Assembly: GCA_965216255.1 (NCBI GenBank)
Contig: OZ244148.1
Location: 4,907,962 to 4,971,961, forward strand
Origin: Rhodothermales bacterium
GTDB lineage: Bacteria > Bacteroidota > Rhodothermia > Rhodothermales > Bin80
DNA length: 64,000 bases
Reading direction: 5' to 3'
Positions 19,801 through 28,556 of this stretch are shown here, one piece after another (the first letter of the stretch is position 1; each line of letters starts with the position of its first letter). A program made the position numbers and the translations under genes. A model generated the notes under the pieces. That model was not told the origin of the DNA. It made no database searches and was given only the letters and a program-made list of their open reading frames with translations.

Positions 19801-19936
19801 CCATGCCATAAAGGACGACTTCAGCAAGATTCTGGTCATAAGCCACATTCCGGATGTCAAGAATGCGTTCCCCGTACGAATTGAGGTCGAGAAACTGCCA
19901 TCTGCCGGCAGCCGGTTTGACGTGATAGGGACTTGA
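16883..19936 (+). CDS. sbcC: SbcC/Rad50-family double-strand-break repair ATPase
   Basis: Walker A LSGNNGQGKSALLDAI, a long coiled coil with a central zinc hook CPTCG, ABC signature YSGGEAFRVNFALRIAL and Walker B MLVIDEGFGTQD. Confidence 0.85.
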   Translation: MIPVTLRLSNFMSYGAQAPVLDFEAFHVACLSGNNGQGKSALLDAITWALWGRARKTTGRQNPSPDLLRTSEREMSVEFEFDAEGERYRVVRTYAESPKGSKTHLELHGRSASDDTYRPLSCATIAETGERITRVLGIDYDTFINSAFLLQGRSDEFTKKAPGKRKEVLSNILNLGRYEELRALAQDHVREAVRAIAWREADINRLGAAEKKIPGWKAEQTRLQADVSLKEAERRRAREEEQALAGRVQRLESQRQEVRHLLETCRSEAARLAEYEADTSRFSGQIAAADAVISSGRDIRRDFERHRELEAERETLTTKSELVRTFEQERNALQRELVDRRHALERHIDTLRHAERSHEAELETVAARLAEEPDVRAALESAQEAAEGERLLRKTKLELEQLDTRIALEEQAVLAERQVLERECEVLGRRRSHEDGERLDRTALLARRKELERAQSTYATLDRSLESLREQGQAVSTRYDALAGEISARRRDLAEKEEQVAFMGSARQGQCPTCGTGLTQAHREKVERELRGGMKELADILEKSNVQRMKLGAERAQLREAYASGRKKMEALEGVAADLAAVNEQLRQAGRACQLLREVARQIAEIRQRIADNDFAHASRQKKQELVARRKALQFDPDAYEQMRSEAVRAPMLLDQMRAIEVHQKRRRPLQEALEQTRERLRLSRRRMEDGTTFGELEKQIRVLSGNMEAVGLDEARLAAVRSELRALDAAPRRMLELSKAVEEHAQWEERRATVRQRAEASRENLRRTKQRVADLKALMAADSGTEARLATVRTHGADLEAALAGLHAASGQITEKLTQAAEEGRQREQYQKEKLALQEQRALYRHLTTAFGKHGIPSLIIEETLPDIEERTNEILGRLSGGKMHVRIETQKAKQKGGTAETLEIKIIDELGQYRTYETYSGGEAFRVNFALRIALSQLLAERSGVRVRMLVIDEGFGTQDTQGVDNLIQAIHAIKDDFSKILVISHIPDVKNAFPVRIEVEKLPSAGSRFDVIGT

Positions 19937-20043
19937 TGCGAGCCAGCACGATTTTTGTTGGGCATGGGTCGCCATGCGCACTAGAATGTCCGGCGATTGC
20001 TAGCCTGCCTGTCGTGGGTATTCTTTGGGGTTTATATAGATAA

Positions 20044-21291
20044 ATGAACGCGGAACAAAGTATGTACAAGTACGTGTCAATACCTGTGATACGCACCTAC
20101 ACATACCGGTGCCGACGGGTGAGAAAGACGCAGCGCGAAGCACTGGACGCGTTGTTTCGGCATCTGGCGTGGCTGCGCAATGACCCACTGCCGCAACGAG
20201 TTTGCCGAAGGCGGCAAGACGCCTTCCACCTTTGATCTGTACAAGAGGCTTACGGCCATGCGCCAGGACAATGCGCATAATGCGGCGTAGCCTGTGCGCG
20301 CCCAGCGCAGCATGCTCCAGCGCGTCCGCAGCGCCTACGACAAGTTCTTTGGCGAAGGCAAGGGCAGGCTAATATTCAAGCCGGAAGTGCGATCCTTTGA
20401 GTTCGAGGGCACCGTGCCGCGCAAGAACGGCCCGTACCATACGCTCCAGATAAAGGGCGTGGGCAAGCTGCGGTTCAATGACAAGCGCGGCGTACTCTCC
20501 GGCGGCAACACCGTCCGGCTGGTCCGCATCCTGCGACACCCTTTAGGCACCGGCTTCAACGTGCAGCTTGTTGTGCAGCATAACGTCGTGGTGGTCACGA
20601 CGGACACGCGCGAGGCCATAGGTGTCGACGTGGGCGTAAAGGCCAACTGTTCGCTCTCTGACGGCACGCAGTACGCGCCCTTGCGGTTGCCGGAGCGCAA
20701 GCGCAAACGCCTCCAGCAAGTCGTAAGCCGTGCCAAGCGCGGCAGCAAGACGCGCCGCAAAAAGAGGCTGGCCCTCACCCGCGAAAGCCGCAGCTTGGCC
20801 GTGCGCCGCCGCAGCGAAGTACACCGCATTACGACCGACATCGTGAAGATGCACTCCGCATGGATCGTCGTGGAAGACCTGAGACTCCAAGCCATGCCGG
20901 CCCGTGGCGGCTCCCGCAAACGTGGGCTGAACCGTTCTATGCACGAGAACTGCCTCGGCATGCTCATGCAGCAACTCTCCTACAAGGCTGAAAGCGCCGG
21001 AGGCGAGCTCGTGAAAGTAAAGCCGCATTATAGACGTGCAGTGCGTGCGGCGCTCTGGCAAAGGACCGGCTGACGCTGGCGGTCCGCACGTTCGTTTGTA
21101 GCGAGTGCGGGCACCGGCAGGACCGGGACGTTAATGCGGCCCGTAACATCCGTCTGAGGGGCATGGAGCTTTTCGGCAGGGCGGGAGGCCCTGCGTGTCG
21201 GACGGAGGCGGCTACGGCCGTAAACGTCGTGCCTCTGGCCGCGTCTTCGGACGCGTCTAAGCGCGGCCACGACACAGGATCGTGTAGCTAG
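20044..21291 (+). pseudogene. tnpB: TnpB (IS605/IS1341-type RNA-guided nuclease) pseudogene
   Basis: TnpB-like sequence is spread over two frames. The N-terminus IRTYTYRC...REALDALF is in frame 1, with a shift near 20180-20200 to ...RNEFAEGGKTPSTFDLYKRLTAMR. There is an in-frame TAG at 20288-20290. RuvC-I IGVDVGVK and RuvC-II WIVVEDL are present. A break at about 21031 (PHY|TAG|TCSACG) leads into the frame-1 tail TCSACG...VCSECGHRQDRDVNAARNI (zinc finger plus RuvC-III). Stop at 21289-21291. No TnpA is adjacent. Confidence 0.8.
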
Positions 21292-21321
21292 TGTAGTGTA
21301 GCAAATAAAGTAATGATTATA
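21291..21321. repeat. IS630 left terminal inverted repeat
   Basis: See the element entry; 24/31 match to the right IR. Confidence 0.75.
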
Positions 21322-21375
21322 TCCCACGAATTGGCTATCTTCGTTGCATCGTTCACACGAATAAATGGGGGAACC

Positions 21376-22044
21376 ATGCGGGTAGCAGTCAACATCGAGC
21401 TGTTGGAGGCGGACCGGCGGTGCCTGGAGCGGTGGTCGCGCTCGCGCAGTGCGTCGGTCCGGTTGCAGGAGCGGTCGCAGATGATGCTCATGGCAGCGGA
21501 CGGCATGACGAACAAGGCGATTGCCCAAGAGCTGGGCACGGACCAGAACAAGGTCGGCCGCTGGAGACGGCGCTTCGCCGACCAGGGGATGGAAGGGATT
21601 GCCAAGGAGCGCCCGCGGGGCGGTAACCACGGGGGCAAGTGCTCGAAGGCACAGGCGCAGCTCAGGACCAAGGTGATCCGTCTTACGACGCAGACCGAGG
21701 CGCCGGCTGCGACGCACTGGTCTTGCCGGTCGATGGCGCGTGCGGCAGGTACGACCCACAGCTTCGTGCACCGGGTGTGGCGCTCGTTGGGACTGAAGCC
21801 GCATCTGGTACGGACCTTCAAGGTGAGCACCGATCCGCACTTCGAGGAAAAGCTCCGGGACGTGGTTGGGCTGTATCTGAACCCGCCGGAGAACGCGGCG
21901 GTCTTCAGCTTTGATGAGAAGCGTTCGATCCAGGCGCTGGATCGAACGCAGCCGGGCCTGCCGCTGAAGAAGGGCCGCTGCGGGACCATAACGCACGACT
22001 ACAAGCGCCACGGCACCACGTCACTGTTCGCTGCGCTGGAGGTG
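21376..22044 (+). CDS. IS630-family DDE transposase, exon 1 (HTH region and first catalytic D)
   Basis: ATG 21376. Typical IS630 N-terminus (MTNKAIAQELGTDQNKVGRWRRRF) and FSFDEKRSIQAL. Family similarity stops abruptly at ...TTSLFAALEV (22044) and resumes at 22724. Confidence 0.8.
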
Positions 22045-22723
22045 GTGTGCCACGAGTGGCACGCAGGTGTTGTTCTTTAACATAGCTTGAGTGTTGCGTA
22101 ACTGCATTTAGGATGGGGGAAGGCCCCCCGCAGCCGTCGTACAGGCGGAGGCTGCAAACCACCGGCTGCTGCTTGACTTTAAGGGTTCGGTAGTGAGCGA
22201 GTCCGGAAAAGGCGGAGCAATGACTCTGTCAGGTATGGGCCATAGAGTCGAACGCAAGTGAACCGCTGACGAAGTGTCGAAAGTGCTTGGACGATGTCAA
22301 AACCGGGGTCTCATCTCTGCTCCGGGACGAGATCGGGAGGTGCCTGTTTATGGCCCGATCAGCATCCGGCATACAGGCGGCGAGAATATGGTCTGGGCCT
22401 AAATGCGGAACGTGGGAACCTGTCGGGGCGATGCCAAGGGAGACTCGCAAGCGGAGAACCCGCGAGCGATTGAGTACCAATGCGCTCCACGGGGGCGGAT
22501 CGGCTCGTAGTAGTGAAGAAGGTTCTGTAATGGAACTGGAGCGAAGGGGCCGACTCGGTCGGTGGAAGGAGCGGGGCAACCGCAAGGCGGGAGGACCTCG
22601 CTCAAGAAACAAGGGCCTGGCTGCTGGCTGGATTGGTAGCCGGGTGGGCCGAGAAGAGCCGTATGAGGCGAGAGTCTCACGTACGGTTCTGTGGGGGCCT
22701 GGAAATCTCCCGGGCTACCCGAC
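22045..22723 (+). ncRNA. ORF-less group II intron (679 nt)
   Basis: The 5' end is GTGTG (GUGYG consensus). Domain V is a textbook 34-mer at 22656-22689, GAGCCGTATGAGGCGAGAGTCTCACGTACGGTTC, with the AGC triad and a GAGA tetraloop. The domain VI-like helix has a bulged A at 22717 (GGGCTACCC), 7 nt from the 3' end ...GAC. A candidate EBS1 loop CATCTC (22312-22317) sits in a hairpin and is complementary, with one G-U pair, to the last 6 exon nt GAGGTG. Removal joins the two IS630 halves in frame. Confidence 0.85.
22656..22689 (+). ncRNA. Group II intron domain V (catalytic hairpin)
   Basis: GAGCCGUAU-GAGGC-GAGA-GUCUC-ACGUACGGUUC is a near-perfect match to the conserved domain V architecture. Confidence 0.9.
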
Positions 22724-23155
22724 GCCACGGGCCAGGTGATCGGCCAGACGTACAAGCGTCACCGTCACCGTCACCAGGAGGTGCTGAAGTTCCTTCGTCA
22801 GCTGGAGAAGGCCGTGCCCAAGAACCAGGAGATCCACATCATCCTGGACAACTACGCGACCCACAAGCACCCTAAGCTCATGGACTGGATCGAGCGGCAG
22901 AAGCGCATCTTCCTGCACTTTACGCCCACCAGCGCGTCGTGGCTGAACCTGGTCGAGCGATTCTTCGGCACGCTGACCGAGAAGCAGCTCCGCCGCGGCG
23001 TCTTCCATTCAGTACAGGATCTGGAGCGGCGTCTCAAGGACTACATCAAGACCTACAACGAGAATCCCCAGCCCTTGGTGTGGACAAAGACGGCAGAGGA
23101 GATTCTCAGGAAGGTAGCGCTGGCCAGGCAGGCGCTGGCCACTGTTTCGGTATAA
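22724..23155 (+). CDS. IS630-family DDE transposase, exon 2 (second D and E)
   Basis: Begins ATGQVIGQTYKRHRHRHQEVLKFL. Contains IHIILDNYATH and SWLNLVERFFG (DD..E). Exons 1 and 2 together give 366 aa, which is typical IS630 length. Confidence 0.8.
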   Translation, partial: ATGQVIGQTYKRHRHRHQEVLKFLRQLEKAVPKNQEIHIILDNYATHKHPKLMDWIERQKRIFLHFTPTSASWLNLVERFFGTLTEKQLRRGVFHSVQDLERRLKDYIKTYNENPQPLVWTKTAEEILRKVALARQALATVSV

Positions 23156-23181
23156 TCACTAATATATTTAGGACACTGCAC
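23151..23181. repeat. IS630 right terminal inverted repeat
   Basis: See the element entry; it overlaps the transposase stop codon (23153-23155). Confidence 0.75.
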
Positions 23182-23198
23182 TAGATGATTCATTTATC

Positions 23199-24991
23199 TA
23201 TATAGTGATTGACCGAATACTCTCTTTTTTCGGCCTCGAATGCACAGGCACGGTCGTTTTTTGAGTTCGTTGACGGTGCGCTTCGAGTGTTTCGGCCATG
23301 CTGGCGTCTCTTGCGTGCGCGCACGGACAGTTTGCGGCTCGAAGGGCGTTGTGTTCCTATCGGGAGGGCATACGTGTCCCTTGGGGCCTGCGATTGGGAC
23401 CTTTCTGCGAGGTGGTAGCGGGCCTACGCCGCGCGTTTTCGCCGACGCTTTATTCGTGCCCGTTCCTGGGCGCGCACCAGGCAACCCAGCCGGTGCACGT
23501 TGACTGCCAACACCGACAGGCTCACCATCAGCGCGAAGTTCTCCGGACTCTTCTGCCGCACCAGCGCACCGCCCCGAAGTCCGAAATTGGCCAGACACGA
23601 CTCGACGGCCGGGTGCTGCCGCCGCGCTGCCTTGAACGCAGGCGCGCGCTCCCGCGCACGCTCCGCCAGAGAAAGCTTGCCCTTCTTCGGAAGCGCATTG
23701 AGCGCCAGCCGAGCATCCAATGCTTTTCGATTCTTCAAGCTGTGAAAGCCCCGGTCAAAACTGCACGCATTGAACTCTGGAAAAGCCGCCTGCACCGCAT
23801 CAATGATCGGTACCGCCACCTCAACATCTGATGTGTCCCACAGGATGTGATAAGCCAAAATGAACCGGTGCTCATCTTCTACCAGTGCGACCGGAAGGCC
23901 CAACTCGGCCAGCACGCCCGCCTTGCCTTTGCTGATCCAACGCGTATGTGGCTTGTGGATGGAAAACACTTTCTGCGCATGTGGAATCATCTCGCCCAAG
24001 AGGATGCGACGCCTGATCCACCAACAAGTCCACATAGTGCAAGTAATACGCGATATCCGCTCGCGCCGCCGCCGATTTCTGCACCGTGGCCAAGGCATTC
24101 AACAGCGTACGGGCACGTGCTGCAGTCTGTGTGCACTGGCGCAAGTACGCCTTCACTCCTTTCGGATTCTGCCGGTAGCGCGGGGCCGTCCGCACCCGGA
24201 TGAAGGCCTGGTATATCTTCCGCGTGCGATCCGCATGCTTGCGCCAGCCCGGAAGAGCGAATGCCGCAGCCGAGCGTGTACTCACACGTATTAGACCACG
24301 AACCGCATCCCAGCACAGACCCACATCGGTGGGATAGTGCACATGCGTCTTAACCACCCTGGAATCGCAGCGACCACCTAGCGCGGTCCCAGACTCTTTT
24401 CCAGCCACCTTGTGCCCCGTCCGCACTATCAATTGGGTCACCTTCAGGACCAGCTTCGGCGTCAAAAGCTGCACGTTGTCCACCAGCCGCTGTCTGCTGT
24501 ACTTCACCTCGTCAAACCCGGCATCTCCGTGCCCCAAGAGCTCCCGCAGCAAGAGATCGTTGTTGGCCCGGTACAACAAAGCATCGTAGTCCAGATCCAG
24601 GCACTGCTTGACTATCGCAAACACGATGACGCGCCATAGATCCATGCCCGGTCGCCCGACATCTTTACGTTTACCCGGCTGAAAGTGCGCCTCCAGAATC
24701 GCGAACAAGGCCGCACGGGATTCCGCCGTGCAGTAGACGCACTGCAGACCCTTGAGCACCGCACTCATGTCGTCGCGCATTCTCGGGTCTATAGCAATCT
24801 CCCCAATCGGCGTACTGTCGAGTGCACGGCACTCTGGGACAATCTTGCGCATGGTTTCCCTGGCGAATGTGAGCTGTTTTGCGCTCTTAAACGCCCAAAT
24901 CGGCTATACGTCCCTCAGATTCACCGCCAATTGCAAGATATAACTGATTGTTTATTGAAGATTTAAAGTATTTTCGTACAAGCACTATATA
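23199..24991 (-). mobile_element. IS5/IS1182-like insertion sequence, copy 1
   Basis: Candidate terminal IRs: 23199-23222 TATATAGTGATTGACCGAATACTC against the reverse complement of 24968-24991, TATATAGTGCTTGTACGAAAATAC. About 1.8 kb. Boundaries are approximate and no clear target duplication was seen. Confidence 0.55.
23424..24852 (-). pseudogene. IS5/IS1182-like DDE transposase (DUF772-type N-terminus + DDE_Tnp_1), split over two frames
   Basis: The N-terminal ORF 23872-24852 contains GRPGMDLWRVIVFAIVKQCLDLDYDALLYRANNDLLLRELLG and DSRVVKTHVHYPTD. The C-terminal ORF 23424-24098 contains SFDRGFHS. The downstream frame is +1 relative to the upstream one. The homology-based switch is near 24040 (..HYVDLLVDQ | RRILLGEMIPH..). 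Confidence 0.7.
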
Positions 24992-24999
24992 AGTCCCTA

Positions 25000-27139
25000 T
25001 TCTTTCCTTTTTCGTCCCGGAGGTCATGCTAACCCAAGTTTAACATACATTTTTTAAGTAGCATATTTACCTATGGTTACAAGGTCACCTTTGTTCCTTC
25101 TGGCACTACAAACGGCCTCAAAGTGAATTTCGTGGCCTTGGATCAGATGGTAGTCTTGTGCATGAATAGGGGCGCCCGATCCACTCCCAGGGCGTCGTAC
25201 ATGCCCTTCAGTTCACTATCCGGCTGTGATGTCGTACGGACGTGCAGCGTATGCCCATCCCGGCACTGGAACACATTCGTAGAGCGGACCTGCCGCTGAA
25301 GGATGCGCCGCAGCGTCGTCCAGCTTGAGCGTAGGTCCTTACTCCTTAGCCGCGTACGAATCACCTGCACCAACTGGTAAGCCAGGACCGTGATGAACAG
25401 ATGGCCCTCCGCGCGCCGGCCTGTGGAATGATAGATCGGTCGCAGTCCGAGTTCCGACTTCAGGGACCGGAACACCGCTTCCAGATCGGTCAGCATCACA
25501 TACGTGCGCCAGAGCTCTTCCGCGGTGAACTCCATCTCGTTGCTGCGCAGGCAATAGACGCCCGGATCGGTCATCAACGCGGGTGCTTTCGGCGTCTTTG
25601 TCCACGTGATAGACTGGGCCCGCTTGCCGTCCTCATCCGTCTCCACTTCTATCTCGTAATGCTGTCCGATGCCGCTGAAGCTCTGCTTCAATCGGCCGAT
25701 ACGTTCCCTTATGAGGTCGATGCGCTTTTGCGTCTTCGGCCGGGCAAGCCGATCGGAAAGCTCGCCGAGGGCCTCCTCGAATCTTTCCGCTTTCTGCCTC
25801 ATCTTGGCCTCTTCCATCGCCATGCGGGACCGGGATCGGCAACAGAGCCGCACCTCGTCGTCTGCCTCCTCCCGGTACACCTCGACGTCACTGCCCGAGG
25901 CCATCTGAAGAGCCAGTGCCCGCTCCTGTTCAAAGGGCTTCCTGCGCTCTCTTGATACCACGATGTAGCGGTAGCCCTCCTCTCGCAGCCAGTCTATGCG
26001 GTCCTGTGTGGCAATGCCCCGGTCCATCACCACACGTGCGTCCCTGGGCGTCTCCAGGGACTCCAGCATCTCCTTGAGCGTGGACGCTTCGTTTACGTTG
26101 CCCTTGAAGACCTGGCTACGACGCACGAACCCGCTGCCGCGCGTTACAAGAGCCAGCGTAAGCAGCGCGCAGTCACTGCGACGCTCCTTCGAGCGTGCGT
26201 ACTTGGCCTTGTCGATGCTCTTGCCACTGCCTTCCAGGAAGCTGCCCTTCAGATCATAGAGCGCGATCGTGGGCTCCAGATCAAACAGGTCCAGCGCCCG
26301 TGCAAAGAGGTGGTCCTCTATGGCCTTGCGGTGTTTGTGCAGCATGTCGCTGGCCCGGTACAGCTGCATGTCGGCCATCTTCTCGAAGTTGCAGCCCAGA
26401 AACTCGTCCAGGCCACTGGCAGAGGCCAGCCAACGCTTCGTGGCATGTTCGCTGGCCGGCTCGGCCAGACGGCCTATGATGGAGCCCGTGGCCGCATGCC
26501 GGAGGCCTCGCGTGATGCCAAGCTTCTCGAAGAGCTCATCCATGCCCAACTGCTCCATGGCCCAGAGCCCCACATGTTCTACGCTCACCGTGCGGGGCCG
26601 GACCGTTTTGAGCGAGTGGACATCCACATGGTGCCATTCGCGCGGCGGCGTCTCGCCCTTGCCCTCGGTCACGGCTACCGCCTTGCGCGCGCTCAAAAGT
26701 TCTGCAATGCGGTGGGCCTCCTCTTCCACGCGACGGCAGGAACGCCCATGGGAACGAGTTCGAGCTGGCCCTTGAGCAGTGCCTCAATCCGGCTGCAGAG
26801 CGCACGCCAGTAGCGTTTGTCGATGCGGAAGTGGGCACCGAGATTGAGCAGGGTCTTCTGCCGGACCTTGCCCCCTATGCGTTCGCCGTGACAAAGGCGA
26901 AAGGAATAGTAGCGTGTAGCGTCGTCGGTGGTTCGGGTAAGCGAGCGTCGGATATACATAGAGGGGAAGATAGGGCTGGGGGGCGTTGTTCGCAATAGCC
27001 GTCAACACTTTATGGCACAACATTCGTATTCCCGCCTCTGTGAATCCCAAAAACGGGGCGCTGGTGGGACCAAACACCAGAAAATCCGGCCAAACAGGGC
27101 CACAAGTGGGGCCACATCCCTAACAAGCCGCCAAAATAC
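25000..27139 (-). mobile_element. IS1634-family-like insertion sequence (boundaries approximate)
   Basis: It encloses the IS1634-like transposase. It lies between the right end of IS5/IS1182-like copy 1 and the truncation point of copy 2. I could not define the ends by inverted repeats. Confidence 0.4.
25143..26959 (-). pseudogene. IS1634-family-like DDE transposase with a -1 frame break
   Basis: N-terminus from ATG 26959: MYIRRSLTRTTDDATRYYSFRLCHGERIGGKVRQKTLLNLG. The frame changes near 26730-26770 into the 528-aa ORF, which has LYDLKGSFLEG, VVMDRGIAT and FRSLKSELGLRPIYH...GHLFITVLAYQL. The total of 1817 nt is not a multiple of 3. Confidence 0.7.
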
Positions 27140-28406
27140 CTACCTGCGATTATTGCCGATCTTCAGATTCAGCCGCCAAATGGTAAAGATGGGACGAGAG
27201 GCCTCTGTGCCTTTGCCCTTCCTGGGCATCACGGCCAGCCCCAGCTCTGCCTCAAACGCGGTAAGGTTGTCTGGGCTGTAAAAGCCCCTGTCCACGCTAC
27301 AGGAAACCACGGCACCGTAGCGCTTCTTCGTTTCGGTTAATAGAGGCACGGCCACGTCTACGTCCGTTCCCTCCCACTGGATCATGTGGTGGAGTATGAA
27401 TGGGTGCGCATCTTCTATGACACACACCGGCACCCCCAACTCGGCCATGATGCCTGCTTTCTGCTTGCAGATCCAACGCGTGTGCTCTTCATACACCGAA
27501 AACACCTTCTCCTCGTGCGGAATCCTCTCCTCATGGATCAATCGCCGCTCTACCTGCTCTATACTGACGCTCACAGTGCGTCCAATACCGCGTAATCTCC
27601 GGATGCGGCACGGACTGCTGCTGCAACACCTGCACCGTGGACTTCACTTTCTTTACCACCACCTGGCATATTTCCAAGTAGGCCTGTACATCCTCTTTCG
27701 TGCGCCATCTGCGCGCCAGACGCACCGGAGCAAAGTGCGCATGCACAGCGCGCAGCCAGCTCCTGTACTTGCGCCAGCCCGCTATGCCGTGCCTCGATGC
27801 CGCCTGGGTTATCAACAGCACTACACACTGTATGGCATCCCACAACAGCCGCACATCGGTCGGCCAGTGTACGTCGGTCTCCACAACAAAAGAGTCTGCT
27901 CGTGTATGCAACTCCTCCGCAGCACCCACTTCGTTGTGCCCATAGGCCACTACGATCTGATTGACCTCATCCAACAGCTCCGGTGTCAGCTTCGAAACAT
28001 TGTCGATGATGGTCTGCCTCTGGAAGATGGCACGATCACCCATCTGGTCATCCAACCCCAGCATCTGGCGCACGATATCCATGTGATTGACCAAGAACGT
28101 CAACCGATCAAAGTCACAGCCGAGTCCCTGCTTCAGGATGGCCAGCACGAAGATGCTCCAGAAGTCCATTCCGGGCCGGCCTCGGTCCAGATCGGCCAAG
28201 TTAGCAAAATGGGCGCGGAGCAGATCGAATACCTTGGTGCGTGCCGGCAGATGGCGGTAGAGGGCCTGCAGTCCGAGCAGAATGGCTGGGATGTTATCGC
28301 GGCTTTTGGGGTCAATCTGGATCTCAGCAATGAGCGCCTGTCCTAACGAAAACAGGTGCGCTCTGACGGATCTCATACGAACGTTTCGAATGTTGGCGTG
28401 AAACAC
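27140..28406 (-). pseudogene. IS5/IS1182-like DDE transposase, diverged paralogue of 23424-24852, frame-split and truncated
   Basis: ORF 27531-28406 contains GRPGMDFWSIFVLAILKQGLGCDFDRL and DSFVVETDVHWPTD. ORF 27140-27574 contains SVDRGFYS. The downstream frame is again +1. The C-terminal 70 aa or so present in copy 1 are missing. Confidence 0.7.
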
Positions 28407-28556
28407 CCCTTATAGTGGCAGAATGGGGCACGAATCGGCTGCAGATACGAAATAGGCCAAAGATTCGAAAGCAGGAAGGAAGGTAGAATAGGGGTTCAAG
28501 TGGTGACCCAAACCTATTAATGCTTCGTTAATTCTTCGTATACGTGATAAGACTCC
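27140..28556 (-). mobile_element. IS5/IS1182-like insertion sequence, copy 2, 3'-truncated
   Basis: The 5' UTR and end region resemble copy 1 (AATCGGCT...TACG; TTCGTATACGTGATAAGACTCCC against TTCGTACAAGCACTATATAAGTCCC). The coding region loses similarity to copy 1 after ...MPRKGKGTEA, near 27150-27200. Confidence 0.5.

Larger units (their letters stand above)
21291..23181 (+). mobile_element. IS630-family insertion sequence (intron-containing), flanked by TA/TA
   Basis: 31-nt imperfect terminal inverted repeats match at 24 of 31 positions by eye: 21291-21321 GTGTAGTGTAGCAAATAAAGTAATGATTATA against the reverse complement of 23151-23181, GTGCAGTGTCCTAAATATATTAGTGATTATA. TA dinucleotides lie directly outside both ends (21289-90, 23182-83). 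The element is 1212 bp without the intron. Confidence 0.8.

Noticed and set aside
22287-22739. 150-aa ORF inside the group II intron as a possible intron-encoded protein.
   Set aside because: It has no reverse-transcriptase (YADD-type), maturase or endonuclease motifs. It is basic and low-complexity, and it overlaps domains V/VI and the 3' exon.
25000-25142. AT-rich 140 bp between IS5/IS1182-like copy 1 and the IS1634-like transposase stop, considered as the missing 3' end of truncated copy 2.
   Set aside because: Its translation in all frames shows no similarity to the C-terminal 70 aa of copy 1. It is more likely the terminal non-coding part of the IS1634-like element.
27384-28346. 320-aa plus-strand ORF over IS5/IS1182-like copy 2.
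   Set aside because: It is antisense to a recognisable transposase and has no family resemblance.
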